A stretch of 64,000 nt of DNA from IMG/VR virus record IMGVR_UViG_3300007513_000007, positions 64,001 through 128,000 of that record. One strand, given 5' to 3'. Below, piece by piece: positions 63,902 to 64,000 of this stretch. The position numbers and the translations under genes were made by a program. How positions within the stretch are numbered: position 1 is the first letter of the stretch; each line of letters starts with the position of its first letter. The notes under the pieces were generated by a model that worked only from the letters and a program-made list of their open reading frames with translations, made no database searches and had not been told where the DNA came from. The stretch is from a virus.

Positions 63902-64000
63902 AGTTCATCGAGGGGAAGGCCGCTCAAACCAACAGGCCCTCTCCTCCCCCTCCAACTATGAGGACCAACTCGATGGATTGTATTTAGGGGCTTTTGTCGC

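Overview
Fragment of a large (jumbo/huge) tailed-phage genome. It is GC-rich by eye (not computed), densely coding and mostly on the minus strand. Left half (1-34 kb): a DNA-methyltransferase/SET cluster, thymidine kinase, tyrosyl-tRNA synthetase, tRNA-Asn(GTT), an ECF-like sigma factor, an SLX1-like GIY-YIG nuclease, type II glutamine synthetase, a tandem cold-shock-domain protein, a PPP-family phosphoesterase, a DnaQ-like exonuclease and many hypotheticals. Middle (34.9-42.9 kb): a replication module with family A DNA polymerase, a stand-alone CHC2 zinc finger, DnaB helicase, a degenerate DnaC-like loader and an SNF2 helicase. Right (45-64 kb): virion tail/baseplate genes, including two paralogous giant proteins and a ~2000-aa beta-helix fibre. 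No rRNA, CRISPR array, integrase or transposase was seen. Main observations from reading the sequence: (1) two recurrent, fixed-spacing intergenic motifs, GGGGTTCC-N16-CGTA (15 close copies plus a variant) and CGGT-N7-CTAT (11 copies), which partition accessory from virion/late genes; (2) a shared [ST]AxRVAxxY peptide in otherwise unrelated proteins behind the late motif, a candidate head-targeting/processing signal; (3) a methyltransferase broken immediately after DPPYG by GGC-TGA-AT-GGC, the geometry of a ribosomal stop-hop; (4) methyltransferase modules that are permuted and split, with one module free-standing inside the replication operon; (5) promoter-driven structured non-coding segments near 20.8-22.0 kb. 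All family calls come from motif recognition, not database searches. Start codons were adjusted by eye where an RBS or stop/start overlap supported it.
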